A DNA stretch of 64,000 nucleotides from an uncultured Chloroflexia bacterium (GCA_963827475.1 CAWHAZ010000005.1:672001-736000); one strand, 5' to 3'. Numbered from the stretch's first letter, positions 30,118 to 41,059 are shown. Made by a program: numbers and translations. Notes: generated by a model from the letters alone, not told the origin.

Positions 30118-31619
30118 CCGAGCGGTCGATGGGCCTGGGCGCGCTCGCCGATGCGATCGCGCCGGAACGGGTGGTCGGCATCCCGACCGGCGAGGTGACC
30201 GGGCTCACCATGCACAGCGGGGACGTCGCCCCCGGAGCGGCCTTCTTCGCGATCCCGGGCCAGGTCCACGACGGCTGGTCGTTCATTCCCGAGGCGGTCG
30301 AACGCGGCGCGCTGGCGGTCGTCGCCGAGCGGGAGACGCCCGACCTCGCCATCCCCCAGCTCATCGTGGCCAACGCCCGCCATGCGGTGGCTGACGCCGC
30401 CGACGCGTGGTTCGGCCGGCCGTCCGAGCAGATGCGGGTCTATGGCGTCACCGGCACCGACGGCAAGTCCACGACCGCCTTCCTCGCCCTCGCCATCCTG
30501 CTCGCGGCCGGCCGCCGGCCGGGCATGGTGGGGACGGTCGACACGCGGGTCGGGGACGTCCAGACCGCCTCGACCAGCCGGACGACGACCCCCGAGGCGC
30601 TCGAGCTGCAGGCGCTCCTGGCCGACATGGTCGAGGCCGGAAACGACTGCGTCGTGGTCGAGGCCACCTCTCACGGCCTGGCCCAGTCCCGGGTCCGGAA
30701 CTGCCGTTTCCAGGTGGGGGTCGTGACCACCATCACCAGCGAGCACCTCGAGTTCCACGGCACGGTCGAGGCGTATCGGGCGGCCAAGGCGATGCTGGTC
30801 GAGGAGGCGCCGGTCGCGGTGCTCAACGCCGACGATCCGAATTTCGACTACCTCCGTCAGCGGGCCGCCGGCACGGTCATCAGCTTCGGGATCGAGAACG
30901 AGGCAGACCTGCGGGCGACCGCCCTCGACCTCGGTCCCCACGGGACCCGCTTCCACGTTGCCGGCCCGCGCTGGGAGGGCGGGGTGACGCTCCAGCTGCC
31001 GGCGCGCTTCAACGTCGCGAACGCGCTGGCCGCCCTCGGGCTGGCCGAGGCGGAGGGACTCGACCCCGCCCAGTCGGCCGCGGCCCTGGCGGAGGTCCCT
31101 GGCGTGCCCGGCCGGATGGAACGGATCGACCTCGGTCAGCCGTTCGGCGTCGTGGTCGACTACGCCCATACCGCCGACTCGCTGGGCAAGGTGCTCCGCG
31201 AGCTCCGCCCGCTGACCGCGGGCCGGCTCGTTGCGCTGTTCGGCTCGGCCGGGGATCGGGATCGCACCAAGCGCGCGCCGATGGGCCGGGTCGCCGCCGA
31301 GCTGGCGGACCTCGTGATCGTGACCGACGAGGACCCTCGGAGCGAGGCGCCGTGGGAGATCAACGAGGAGATCGCCCAGGGGGCGCGCACGGCGGGCGGC
31401 CGGGACCGGGAGACGCTGTGGATCATCGACGACCGCCGGACGGCGATCTCCCATGCCCTGCACCTGGCCGAGGCGGGGGACATGGTCCTGCTCGCCGGCA
31501 AGGGCCACGAGCCGAGCATCATCTACGGCGACGACCGCCGCTGGTGGGACGAGCGCGAGGTCGCCCGCCAGGAGCTGCGCGCGATCGGATACGGGACCGA
31601 TGAGCAACCCACGCCCTGA
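30114..31619 (+). CDS. murE: UDP-MurNAc-dipeptide amino acid ligase
   Basis: GVTGTDGKSTT, TTPEA, EATSHG, EHLEFH, VPGRME, VDYAHT, EDPRSE, AGKGHE. Confidence 0.93.
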   Translation: MTERSMGLGALADAIAPERVVGIPTGEVTGLTMHSGDVAPGAAFFAIPGQVHDGWSFIPEAVERGALAVVAERETPDLAIPQLIVANARHAVADAADAWFGRPSEQMRVYGVTGTDGKSTTAFLALAILLAAGRRPGMVGTVDTRVGDVQTASTSRTTTPEALELQALLADMVEAGNDCVVVEATSHGLAQSRVRNCRFQVGVVTTITSEHLEFHGTVEAYRAAKAMLVEEAPVAVLNADDPNFDYLRQRAAGTVISFGIENEADLRATALDLGPHGTRFHVAGPRWEGGVTLQLPARFNVANALAALGLAEAEGLDPAQSAAALAEVPGVPGRMERIDLGQPFGVVVDYAHTADSLGKVLRELRPLTAGRLVALFGSAGDRDRTKRAPMGRVAAELADLVIVTDEDPRSEAPWEINEEIAQGARTAGGRDRETLWIIDDRRTAISHALHLAEAGDMVLLAGKGHEPSIIYGDDRRWWDEREVARQELRAIGYGTDEQPTP

Positions 31620-32691
31620 ACCACCAACCCTGACCGCCTGGCCGGTGACCGATGCCGAGGCATGGGACGCCTTCGTGGTCACCGCCGCCCACCGCGCGTT
31701 TCCCCAGCTGTGGGCGTGGGGCGAGCTGCGGGCCGGAGCCGGATGGCGGCCGCTGCGGATCGCCGTCGGCACCCCGGGCGGCCCGCCCCTGGCCGGCGTC
31801 CAGCTCCTCCTGCGCCGCGTGCCGCTCGGCGGATGGGCCCTCGCCTACGCCCCGCGCGGTCCGATCGGCGACCTCGACGATCCCGTGGTCCGCGAGGCGC
31901 TGGTCGACGGGCTCCGGTCGGTGGCGGCGAGCGAGCGGATCGGCCGGATGCGGGCGGATCCCGAGACCGCGCCCGACGAGCCCTACGGTGCCGCGCTCCT
32001 GGCCCCGCCGTGGCGGGCCGCGCCGATCGTCCAGCCGCCGACCACCCGCCTCATCGACCTCGGCGCGACCGAGGACGAGCTGTGGTCGGCCCTCGCCCGC
32101 AAGCACCGCCAGTACGTGTCGAAGGCGGGCCGCGAAGGCGTCACCGTGAACGAGCTGGACGGGGCCGCGGACGAGGCCACGACCGCCGCCGCGCTGGCCG
32201 ACTTCGACCGCATCTACCGCCACACCGGGGAGCGGGCCGGATTCGCGGTGCGGGTCCCGGAGTACTACCAGCGGCTGTGGGCCGCCTTCGCCCCCGCGGG
32301 GCGGGCCCGGCTGTCCTTCGCCGAGCGCGACGGGGAGCGGCTGGCGACCCTGTTCCACCTCCTCTGCGGTGACCGGGTGGCGGAGGTCTACGGTGGGATG
32401 ACTCCCGAGGGCGCCAGCTCGCGGGCCAACTACCTGCTGAAGTGGGAGGCGATCCGGACCATGCGGGCCGACGGCCTGCGGACCTACGACCTGTGGGGCC
32501 TGGCCACCGGCGGCATCCGGAAGTTCAAGGAAGGATTCGGCGGGACGGAGGTCACCTGGGTCGGGGCCCGCGACCTGCCCCTCGATCGGGCCGGCGACGC
32601 GGTGGTCGGCCTGGCCCTGGCCGCGCACGGCGCGCGGCGCCGGGTGGGAGGCATCGGCCGCGGCCGGCGACCCGCGGCGCCGGCCGACTAG
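31600..32691 (+). CDS. Second FemABX-family peptidyltransferase
   Basis: FPQLWAWGEL, YAPRGP, NYLLKWEAI, YDLWG, FKEGFGG. Confidence 0.85.
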   Translation: MSNPRPEPPTLTAWPVTDAEAWDAFVVTAAHRAFPQLWAWGELRAGAGWRPLRIAVGTPGGPPLAGVQLLLRRVPLGGWALAYAPRGPIGDLDDPVVREALVDGLRSVAASERIGRMRADPETAPDEPYGAALLAPPWRAAPIVQPPTTRLIDLGATEDELWSALARKHRQYVSKAGREGVTVNELDGAADEATTAAALADFDRIYRHTGERAGFAVRVPEYYQRLWAAFAPAGRARLSFAERDGERLATLFHLLCGDRVAEVYGGMTPEGASSRANYLLKWEAIRTMRADGLRTYDLWGLATGGIRKFKEGFGGTEVTWVGARDLPLDRAGDAVVGLALAAHGARRRVGGIGRGRRPAAPAD

Positions 32692-32784
32692 CCGCGGCTA
32701 CCCGCCGCAGGCCAACGCCGCCCGACCAGGCACAGGCCTGCGTCGGCGGGACGGCCGGAGCCCCGTGCTACGATCGAAACGATC

Positions 32785-35001
32785 ATGGACCTGGCCCGCC
32801 TCCGCGCCGCGCCGGCCGCCGTCGTCCAGCGCATCACGCGGACCGGCGAGCCATCGGCGCTGCCCGGTCCCGAGCTGGCGGACCTCATCGCCGAGGCGCG
32901 GCGCCATCGGCCGACGATCAACGTGGCCCTCATCGAGCGCGCCCACGAGGTGGCCTCGACCGCCCACGAGGGACAGCTGCGCGCGTCCGGCGAGCCCTAC
33001 ATCACCCACCCGACCGCGGTCGCCTACGAGCTGGCCGCCCTCCAGATGGATGCCGAAACGCTCGCCGCCGGCCTGCTCCATGACGTCCCCGAGGACACCG
33101 GCTACCCGCTGGCGGACATCGAGAAGCGATTCGGCCGGGAGGTGTCGCGCCTCGTCGACGGGGTGACCAAGCTGTCGAAGTTCAGCAGCGCGCGGTCGAC
33201 CGAGGAGCAGCAGGCGGAGAACATCCGGAAGATGTTCATGGCCATGGCGGAGGACGCCCGGGTCGTGATCATCAAGCTCGCCGACCGGCTCCACAACATG
33301 CGCACCCTCCAGTACCTCGAGCCCGAGAAGCAGGAGCGGATCGCGCGCCAGACGATGGAGATCTACGCCCCGCTCGCCCACCGGCTCGGGATGTGGCAGA
33401 TCAAGTGGGAGCTGGAGGACCTCTCGTTCAAGGTCCTCGACCCGGACGCCTACGCGCGCCTGGGCGGCCTGCTGGCGGACTCGCGCAAGGCGCGCGAGTC
33501 GTTCATCAACCGCTCGATCAGCATCCTCCGCAAGGAGCTGGCCGCGGTCGGAATCGACGCCGAGATCAGCGGCCGCCCGAAGCACATCTTCAGCATCGTG
33601 AAGAAGATGGAGCGCAAAGGCGCGGAGTTCCATGAGATCTACGACCTCCACGCCATCCGGGTGCTCGTCGAAGACGTGAAGGACTGCTACGGCGCGCTGG
33701 GCGTGGTCCATGCCATCTGGCGCCCGATCCCGGGCCAGTTCGACGACTACATCGCCATGCCCAAGGCGAACCTCTACCAGTCGCTGCACACCGCGGTCAT
33801 CGGTCCGGACGCCAAGCCGCTCGAGGTCCAGATCCGGACCCGCCAGATGCACGAGGTGGCGGAGGCGGGCATCGCGGCCCATTGGCGGTACAAGGAGGGG
33901 AGCCGCGCCGACCGGCGCTACGACGAGAAGCTGGCCTGGGTCCGCCAGCTCATGGAGTGGCAGCGCGAGGTCTCCGACGCGACCGAGTTCGTGGAGGGCC
34001 TCAAGCTCGACGTCTTCCAGGACCAGGTGTTCGTCTTCACCCCCAAGGGCGACGTCAAGGACCTCCCCGCCGGCGCCACCCCGCTCGACTTCGCCTACCG
34101 GATCCATACCGATGTCGGGCATCGGACGATCGGCGCCAAGGTCAACAACCGTCTCGTCCCGCTCGACTACCGCCTGCGCAACGGCGACATCGTCGAGATC
34201 GTCACCACCAAGGCCTCCCACGGGCCGTCACGGGACTGGCTGGCGATCGTCCAGACCAACCAGGCCCGCGAGAAGATCCGGGCCTGGTTCAAGCGCCAGC
34301 AGCGAGACGAGAACATCGCCCAGGGCCGGGAGCTGCTGGACCGGGAGCTCCGGCGCCTGGCCCACGAGACGCTGGCGAGCGTGGACAACGCGCGCCTGAC
34401 CGAGATCGCGAACCAGCTCCACTTCCGCGAGCTGGATGATTTCTACGCCGCGATCGGCTACGGCGCGGTCAGCTCGGCCGCGGTGGTCAGCCGGCTCGGG
34501 ATCCACGACGACGTGGAGATCAGCCTGCCCGAGGTGGCCCCGCCGGCAGCGCCGAGCACGGCCGGCGTCCGGGTCAAGGGCGTCGGCGACCTGCTCGTCC
34601 GCTTCGCGAACTGCTGCAGCCCGATCCCCGGCGACGAGATCAGCGGCTACGTCACCCGCGGCAAGGGGGTCACCGTCCACCGCGCCACGTGTCCCAGCGT
34701 CCTGTCGGAGAAGGACATCGAGCGGCTGATCGAGGTCGAGTGGGAGGTCGTGGCCCAGCAGACCTACCCGATCACGGTCCGGATCGAGGGCATCGACCGA
34801 CCCGGGCTCCTGAATGAGATCACCAACGTCGTCGCCGAAGCCAAGGTCAACATCGTGGCCGCATCGGTTTCGACCCACCCCGACGGGATGGCCACCCTGA
34901 CCCTCACCCTGAAGGTCACCTCCCTCCAGCAGCTGTCCAAGGTCCTCGTCCGGATCGAGGGCGTGCGCGACGTGACCGCGGTCACCCGGGAGCAGCACTA
35001 G
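32785..35001 (+). CDS. relA: Bifunctional (p)ppGpp synthetase/hydrolase Rel
   Basis: GEPYITHP, LLHD, KLADRLHNMRT, YQSLHT, TGS (FTPKG) and ACT domains. Confidence 0.96.
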   Translation: MDLARLRAAPAAVVQRITRTGEPSALPGPELADLIAEARRHRPTINVALIERAHEVASTAHEGQLRASGEPYITHPTAVAYELAALQMDAETLAAGLLHDVPEDTGYPLADIEKRFGREVSRLVDGVTKLSKFSSARSTEEQQAENIRKMFMAMAEDARVVIIKLADRLHNMRTLQYLEPEKQERIARQTMEIYAPLAHRLGMWQIKWELEDLSFKVLDPDAYARLGGLLADSRKARESFINRSISILRKELAAVGIDAEISGRPKHIFSIVKKMERKGAEFHEIYDLHAIRVLVEDVKDCYGALGVVHAIWRPIPGQFDDYIAMPKANLYQSLHTAVIGPDAKPLEVQIRTRQMHEVAEAGIAAHWRYKEGSRADRRYDEKLAWVRQLMEWQREVSDATEFVEGLKLDVFQDQVFVFTPKGDVKDLPAGATPLDFAYRIHTDVGHRTIGAKVNNRLVPLDYRLRNGDIVEIVTTKASHGPSRDWLAIVQTNQAREKIRAWFKRQQRDENIAQGRELLDRELRRLAHETLASVDNARLTEIANQLHFRELDDFYAAIGYGAVSSAAVVSRLGIHDDVEISLPEVAPPAAPSTAGVRVKGVGDLLVRFANCCSPIPGDEISGYVTRGKGVTVHRATCPSVLSEKDIERLIEVEWEVVAQQTYPITVRIEGIDRPGLLNEITNVVAEAKVNIVAASVSTHPDGMATLTLTLKVTSLQQLSKVLVRIEGVRDVTAVTREQH

Positions 35002-36237
35002 CCGCATCCGGCTCCCCGGTCGCTCCGCTCGGAGCCGCCGCGTCCCGCTCGTTCAGCGGGTCACCCGCGCCGGACAGGATCAGCCGGATCAGGGTCAGCG
35101 CCGAACCGAAGAGGGTCAGCGCGATGACCCAGACCATGATGTCCGAGGTCAGCAGCGCATCGAGCTCGGCATAGGTCCGGAAGCTGGTGGTCTCGACCAG
35201 GACCCGGAGCAGGGACGCGCCGAAGCCCACGGACATCGCGATGTACGCGGCCAGGCTGGATCGGTCCACCGCGGCGAACGGCGCGGCGAGGGCCAGGGCG
35301 GGGAAGAGGTACCGCTCGTGGACGCGGGTGGGCAGGAAGTAGAACGCGAAGGCGAGGAACAGTCCGACCGCCAGCAGGGTGGCCAGGTCGCTCCCGCGGC
35401 GGAGCGGCAGCAGCGAGCCGAGGATGCCGGCCACGAGCAGCGCGCCACCGATGGCCACGTACGGCTCGTCCGGGACCTTGAACCCGACCAGCAGCGCCCA
35501 GATGTTGAACGCGCCCAGCGAGGTCTCCGGGTGGCGCTCGCGCGGCGTCCTGCAGCGAGCTCGAGCCAGCGGAACGGCGACAGGCCGAAGACGAGGCAGA
35601 TGACGAGCGCGGTCAGGCCGCCGCCGACCGCGGCCAGGACGAGGGGACGGGGCCCATGCCCCTGGCGCCAGCGCTGGAGGGCGACCACCGCCAATGGCAA
35701 CGCGACTAACCCGAACTGGGGCTTCGACAGCCCGGCCAGGGCGGTCAGGGCGCCCGATCCGGCGAACTGGCCGGCGGCCAGGGCCACCAGCGCCGCGAGA
35801 TAGAACAGGGTCCCGGCAGCATCGACCTGGCCCCACAGCGGGCCGCCGATGATGGCCGCCGGGTTGAGCAGGTACAGGCCGCCGGCCAGCAGGCCACGGG
35901 CCCGGTCGGTGCGGTGCGCGACCACGGCATACAGGAGGACGCCCAGCGCCAGGTCGAACGGAATGGAGATGCCCTTGATCGCGTAGGACAGCCCCTCGCC
36001 GTCGAGCAGGACCCCGAGCGGCCACAGGAAGGGCAGGAGCGCCGGGTAGATGGCGCTGTCGTGCTGATAGAACAGGAAGGGGCCCCATGCCGCGAGGTTC
36101 TCCGCCCATCGGCTCATGACCGAGAGGTCGCCGCCGTGGCCGGGCATGGGGAGGACCAGGAGACGGAGGGCGAGGCCCGCCACCAGCAAACCGCCGAGCA
36201 CGGCCCATGCGCGGCGCCGGGCGGATAGGTCGGTCAT
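34982..36237 (-). CDS. GT-C fold membrane glycosyltransferase; frameshift near 35550
   Basis: YLLNPA, WGQVD, KPQ in ORF 35149..36246. AFNIWAL and FLPTRVHERYLFPA in the frame ending at 34982. Confidence 0.75.
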
Positions 36238-36319
36238 GGCTGGCACGGCTCAACACGGTACCCGACACCGGCGCCACCGTCGGCCCTTCCGTCGGGAGCA
36301 CCCTCGGTACACTCCTTCC

Positions 36320-37597
36320 GTGGCCCCCTCTCTTCGTGCCCCTCGCGGGACCCGGGATCGCCTGCCCGAGGAAGCGGCCGCCTGGGCACGGGCCGAAGGC
36401 GTGGCGGCCGAGCTGGCCTCTCGCTACGGGTTCGAGCGCGTCGACACGCCGCTGTTCGAGGCCACCGAGCTGTTCGTGCGGGGCCTGGGGGAGGGCAGCG
36501 ACGCCGTGGCCAAGGAGATGTTCCGGGTTGGCGGCGCGGCGGGCAGCGAGGATGCGGACGCGGCCTGGGCCCTGCGGCCGGAGCCGACCGCCGGCATCGT
36601 GCGGGCGTACCTCGAGCACGGGATGCACGTGCGACCCGGCCCGCTGCGGCTCTGGCTGCTTGGCCCCATGTTCCGCTACGACCGGCCGCAGGCTGGTCGA
36701 TACCGCGCGTTCACCCAGTGGGACGTGGAGGTCATCGGCGACCCGGGCCCGGCGGTCGACGCGGAGCTCATCGAGCTGGCGACCCGCTTCTGCGCCACGG
36801 TCGGGCTGGAGGGGACGCGAGTCCACCTGAACTCGATCGGGGACGCGTCGTGCCGGCCGGCCTACCGGTCGGCGCTGGTCGAGTACTTCAGCGCTCACCG
36901 CGACGCACTGGACGACGACGGCCGGCGGCGGCTGGAGGTCAACCCGCTCCGGGTGCTCGACGACCGGGGGCTGGACCCGCAGCTGGCCGCCGCCGCGCCG
37001 AGATCGGTCGACCACCTGTGCCCCGCCTGCGCCGAGCATTTCGCGGCGGTGCGCCGATACCTCGAGCGGCTGGGCGTGGCGTACGAGCTCGACCATCGGC
37101 TGGTTCGCGGCCTCGACTACTACACCCGGACGACGTTCGAGGTCTTTCCCAGCGGCCGCGGCGGGTCGCAGGACGCCCTGGCCGGGGGTGGCCGCTACGA
37201 CGGGCTGGTCGAGGCCCTTGACGGTCCCCCGACGCCGGGGATCGGGTTCGGCGTCGGCCTCGACCGGATCGTGCTGGCCATGGCCGAGGGGGGCATTCCC
37301 GGCCTCCCGGCCCCGGCCCTTGCCGTCGTCGTCGGCACCCAGGCCGGGGACGTCGCCGAGCGGCTGGTGGTGGCCAACGCCCTGCGGGAGGCCGGCCTTC
37401 GCGTCCGCCCGGACGGCAGCGAGCGGAAGCTCGGCCGCCAGCTGGAGGCCGCCGCCAAGCTCGGCGCGCGGTGGGCGGTGATCGTCGGGGAGGAGCTGAC
37501 CCGCGGCGCCGTCATCCTCCGCGACCTTGCCGACGGCAGCCAGCAAGAGGTCCCGCTGAGCGAGGTCGCCGCCGCAACACGGGCGGACGACGGCTGA
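36320..37597 (+). CDS. hisS: Histidine--tRNA ligase
   Basis: APRGTRD, LRPEPTA, FRYDRPQAGRYR, LVRGLDYY, GGGRYDGL. Confidence 0.96.
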   Translation: MAPSLRAPRGTRDRLPEEAAAWARAEGVAAELASRYGFERVDTPLFEATELFVRGLGEGSDAVAKEMFRVGGAAGSEDADAAWALRPEPTAGIVRAYLEHGMHVRPGPLRLWLLGPMFRYDRPQAGRYRAFTQWDVEVIGDPGPAVDAELIELATRFCATVGLEGTRVHLNSIGDASCRPAYRSALVEYFSAHRDALDDDGRRRLEVNPLRVLDDRGLDPQLAAAAPRSVDHLCPACAEHFAAVRRYLERLGVAYELDHRLVRGLDYYTRTTFEVFPSGRGGSQDALAGGGRYDGLVEALDGPPTPGIGFGVGLDRIVLAMAEGGIPGLPAPALAVVVGTQAGDVAERLVVANALREAGLRVRPDGSERKLGRQLEAAAKLGARWAVIVGEELTRGAVILRDLADGSQQEVPLSEVAAATRADDG

Positions 37598-37636
37598 GCC
37601 CGGCCGAGCGCCACGCTCGGCTAGGATGCAAACCCG

Positions 37637-39451
37637 ATGCCCGCCCGTCACTCGTTCCGGACCCACACCTGCGGTGAGCTGCGGCCGGCCCAGGTCGGAG
37701 AGCGGGTCACGCTTGCCGGCTGGGTTCACCGCCGCCGCGATCACGGCCACCTGACGTTCTTCGACCTCCGTGATCGGTATGGCATCACCCAGGTCGTCAC
37801 CAACGCCGACGAGCAGCCCGACGCGCATGCGGCGGGTGCGGAAGCCCGCAACGAGTGGGTCATCCAGGTCGAAGGCGCCGTCCGCACCCGCCCGGAGGGG
37901 ACCGCCAACCCGGAGCTGAGCACCGGCGAGATCGAGGTCGGGGTCGACCGACTGGAGGTCCTCAACCCGTCGAAAGTGCCCCCGTTCTACATCAACGAGG
38001 AGCAGGCGGGCCTGGATGAGAGCCTCCGGCTCACCTATCGGTACCTCGACCTCCGCCGTCCGCCGCTGCAGGCACGGCTCGTCCTGCGCAGCCAGCTGGC
38101 GGGAGCCGTCCGCCGCCACCTGGAGAGCGTCGGCTTCGTCGAGATCGAGACGCCGACCCTCATCCGCTCCACGCCGGAGGGGGCCCGGGACTTCGTCGTT
38201 CCCAGTCGCCTGCAGCCGGGGAAGATCTACGCCCTGCCCCAGTCACCCCAGGTCCTCAAACAGCTGCTCATGGTTGCCGGCTTCGACCGCTACTACCAGC
38301 TGGCCCGCGCCTATCGCGACGAGGATTTCCGGGCCGATCGGGGGCCGGAGCACACCCAGGTCGACATCGAGATGAGCTACGTCGTCGAGGAGGACGTGAT
38401 GGCGACCATCGAGGAGATGGTCACCGCGGTCAGCCGCGAGGTCGTCCCGGACCGCCCGATCGCGGCCTCGCCCTTCCCACGACTGACCTACGAGGACGCC
38501 ATCGCGCGGTTCGGATCGGACAAGCCCGACGTCCGGTTCGGGATGGAGCTGGTCGACATCGGCCCGGCCCTGGCCGGAACGGACCTCCACATCTTCACCG
38601 ATGCCCTGACAGGCGGCGGCGCGGTGCGGGCCATCGTCGCGCCGGGCTGCGCCGGCTACTCGCGAAAACAGACCGATGCGCTGACCGAGCTCGCGGTGCG
38701 CCACGGCGCCGGCGGGCTGGTCCACCTCGCGGTCGAGCCGGACGGCTCGCTTCGCGGGCCGGTTGCGCGACACCTCCCGCCCGCCACCCAGGAGCAGGTG
38801 CGAGAAGCCTGCGGCGCGGCTCCGGGCGACCTCATCCTGGCCGTGGCCGATACCGATGCCCACCGCGGGGCGGAAGCGCTCGGCCGCGTCCGCCTCGAGC
38901 TCGGCTCGCAGCTGGACCTCCGTACCCCCGACGTCCTGTCCTACGTGTGGGTTCACCGCTTCCCGATGTTCCAGTGGGACGCCGAGGGCAACCGCTGGGA
39001 CGCGACCCACAACCCCTTCAGCGCCCCGGTGTGGGAGCAGGCCGACGACCTCGAGCGCGACCCCGGTTCGATCCATGCCCAGCAGTACGACCTCGCCCTC
39101 AACGGCTGGGAGCTGGGTGGCGGATCGATCCGCATCCACCGCCGCGACCTGCTGGAGCGGGCCTTCGCCCTGATGGGCCACACGGTGGAGGGGATGCGCG
39201 ACGAGTTCGGCGCGCTGCTCGACGCGCTCGAGTACGGCGCGCCGCCCCACGGCGGGATCGCGATCGGCCTGGACCGATGGTCCGCCCTGCTGACCGACCA
39301 GGACAACATCCGCGAGGTCATGGCCTTCCCGAAGACCCAGTCGGGGAGCGACCTGATGCTCGGCGCGCCGTCGCCGATCGCCGCGGCGCAGCTCGAGGAG
39401 CTCGGGCTCCGCCTCGCTGACCCCGAGGGTCAGTCCTCCGAGGGCTCGTAG
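37637..39451 (+). CDS. aspS: Aspartate--tRNA ligase
   Basis: RTHTCGEL, RRDHG, STPEGARDF, LPQSPQ, GAPPHGGIAIGLDR. Confidence 0.96.
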   Translation: MPARHSFRTHTCGELRPAQVGERVTLAGWVHRRRDHGHLTFFDLRDRYGITQVVTNADEQPDAHAAGAEARNEWVIQVEGAVRTRPEGTANPELSTGEIEVGVDRLEVLNPSKVPPFYINEEQAGLDESLRLTYRYLDLRRPPLQARLVLRSQLAGAVRRHLESVGFVEIETPTLIRSTPEGARDFVVPSRLQPGKIYALPQSPQVLKQLLMVAGFDRYYQLARAYRDEDFRADRGPEHTQVDIEMSYVVEEDVMATIEEMVTAVSREVVPDRPIAASPFPRLTYEDAIARFGSDKPDVRFGMELVDIGPALAGTDLHIFTDALTGGGAVRAIVAPGCAGYSRKQTDALTELAVRHGAGGLVHLAVEPDGSLRGPVARHLPPATQEQVREACGAAPGDLILAVADTDAHRGAEALGRVRLELGSQLDLRTPDVLSYVWVHRFPMFQWDAEGNRWDATHNPFSAPVWEQADDLERDPGSIHAQQYDLALNGWELGGGSIRIHRRDLLERAFALMGHTVEGMRDEFGALLDALEYGAPPHGGIAIGLDRWSALLTDQDNIREVMAFPKTQSGSDLMLGAPSPIAAAQLEELGLRLADPEGQSSEGS

Positions 39452-39813
39452 CCCCCGTCGACGTGCCGCTCGGTCCCGCGCAGGGCCGGGTTGAAGATGC
39501 AGACCAGGCGGGCCCCGCCCGCGCTCCGCGCGGTATGGGGGTCGTGCTCGTCGGCGGCGTACACCGCGCCGGGACCGAGCATGTGCTCGCGACCCGTGGC
39601 CGCCACCGTGACCTCCATCTGACCGGAGACGACGTAGCACGCCTCGAGGTGGTGGCGGTACTCGAGCTCGAGCTCGAACCCGGGCTCGATGAGGACGTCG
39701 TTGAGCGAGAAGCCCATCCGGTCCGCGGCGGTCAGGATCCGGCGGCTCCTCCAGCCAGGGCCGGAAACGTCGTGCTCGGTGCCACTCAGGTCGTCGGCGG
39801 ATCGGATGATCAT
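39430..39813 (-). CDS. ectC: Ectoine synthase-like cupin (solitary)
   Basis: WRSRRILTAADRMGFS, YRHHLEACY, YAADEHDPH, CIFNPALRGTERH. GAGG RBS. Confidence 0.82.
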   Translation of the reverse strand: MIIRSADDLSGTEHDVSGPGWRSRRILTAADRMGFSLNDVLIEPGFELELEYRHHLEACYVVSGQMEVTVAATGREHMLGPGAVYAADEHDPHTARSAGGARLVCIFNPALRGTERHVDGGYEPSED

Positions 39814-39863
39814 CAAGGTCACCTCGGTGCGGTTCGGTGGCTGGGGCATAATCGCCCACGACC

Positions 39864-41052
39864 ATGATCTACCTCGACCACGCCGCAACCACCCCGCTGC
39901 GGCCCGAGGTCCTCGAGGCCATGCTGCCGTACCTCACCGAGCATTACGGCAATCCCTCGAGCCTCCACGCGGCCGGTCGGCGGGCCCGGGCGGGCCTGGA
40001 TGAAGCCCGGGAAGGCGTGGCCGCCAGGCTCGGCGCGAAGCCGCGCGAGATCGTGTTCACCAGCGGCGCGACCGAGAACACGACCCTCGCCGTCGGCGGC
40101 CTGGCGTGGGCGGCAAGCGCCCGCGGACGGCACCTGGTCACGACAGCGGTCGAGCACCGGGCGGTCCTGGCCACCCTCGCCGGCCTCGAGCGGCATGGGT
40201 TCGAGGTGACGACCGTGCTGGTGGACCGATACGGTCAGGTGGACCCGGACGCGGTCGCGGCGGCCATCCGTCCGCACACCACGGTCGTCGTGGTCGGGTA
40301 TGCGAACAACGAGGTCGGGACCATCCAGCCAGTGGCCGAGATCGGCGCGCAGTGCCGCGAGCTCGGGATTCAGTTCGTGGTCGACGCCACCCAGGCCGCC
40401 GCCTACCTGCCGATCGAGGTCGACCGGCTGCAGGCCGATGTCCTCGGCATCTCGGCCCACAAGATCGAGGGGCCCAAGGGCGTCGGCGCGCTGTTCATCC
40501 GGCAGGGCACGAACCTCATCCCGCAGCAGTCCGGCGGCTCGCAGGAACGGCAGCGGCGGGCGGGGACCGAGAACGTGGCCGGCGCGGTCGGCCTGGCCAC
40601 CGCCCTGCGCCTGGCCCGCGGCGACGCGGCCGCCACCGCGGCCGAGGCGGATCGCCAGCGCGGGCTGCGCGACGCGCTCATCGGTCGACTGGGAAAGATC
40701 ACCGGCAGCGAGCTGACCGGACATCCCGCCGCGCGTCTGCCGAACAGCGTCAGCTGGGCGTTCGAGGCGGTGGAGGGCGGGGACCTCGTCGCGGCGCTCG
40801 ACCTCGAGGGCGTGGCCGCATCCACCGGAAGCGCGTGCACCTCGGGCAGCGCCGAACCGAGCCACGTCCTGTTGGCGATGGGCGTCGCGCCGCGAGCGCA
40901 TCCGCGGCTCGCTGCGTCTGACGCTGGGGCGCACCACGACCGCGGACGAGGTCGAACACGCCGCCGAGCTCGTCGCCAGCTGCGTGGCACGGGTCCGTGC
41001 CGCCGCCAATCCGCTCCCGACCGAGGTCGGCGTCGCCCCGGCGGGGGCCTGA
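39864..41052 (+). CDS. iscS: Cysteine desulfurase; frameshift near 40893
   Basis: IYLDHAATTP, FTSGATE, NNEVGT, SAHKIEGPKG, STGSAC. The C-terminus GSLRLTLGR is in a shifted frame ending at TGA 41052. Confidence 0.9.
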
Positions 41053-41059
41053 GCCGGCG

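Noticed and set aside
29061-31619. 852-aa FemABX-MurE fusion in the ORF track
   Set aside because: Artefact of a frameshift near 29950. The true Fem C-terminus (GLFKKGFGG) is in another frame and stops at a GTGA overlap with murE.
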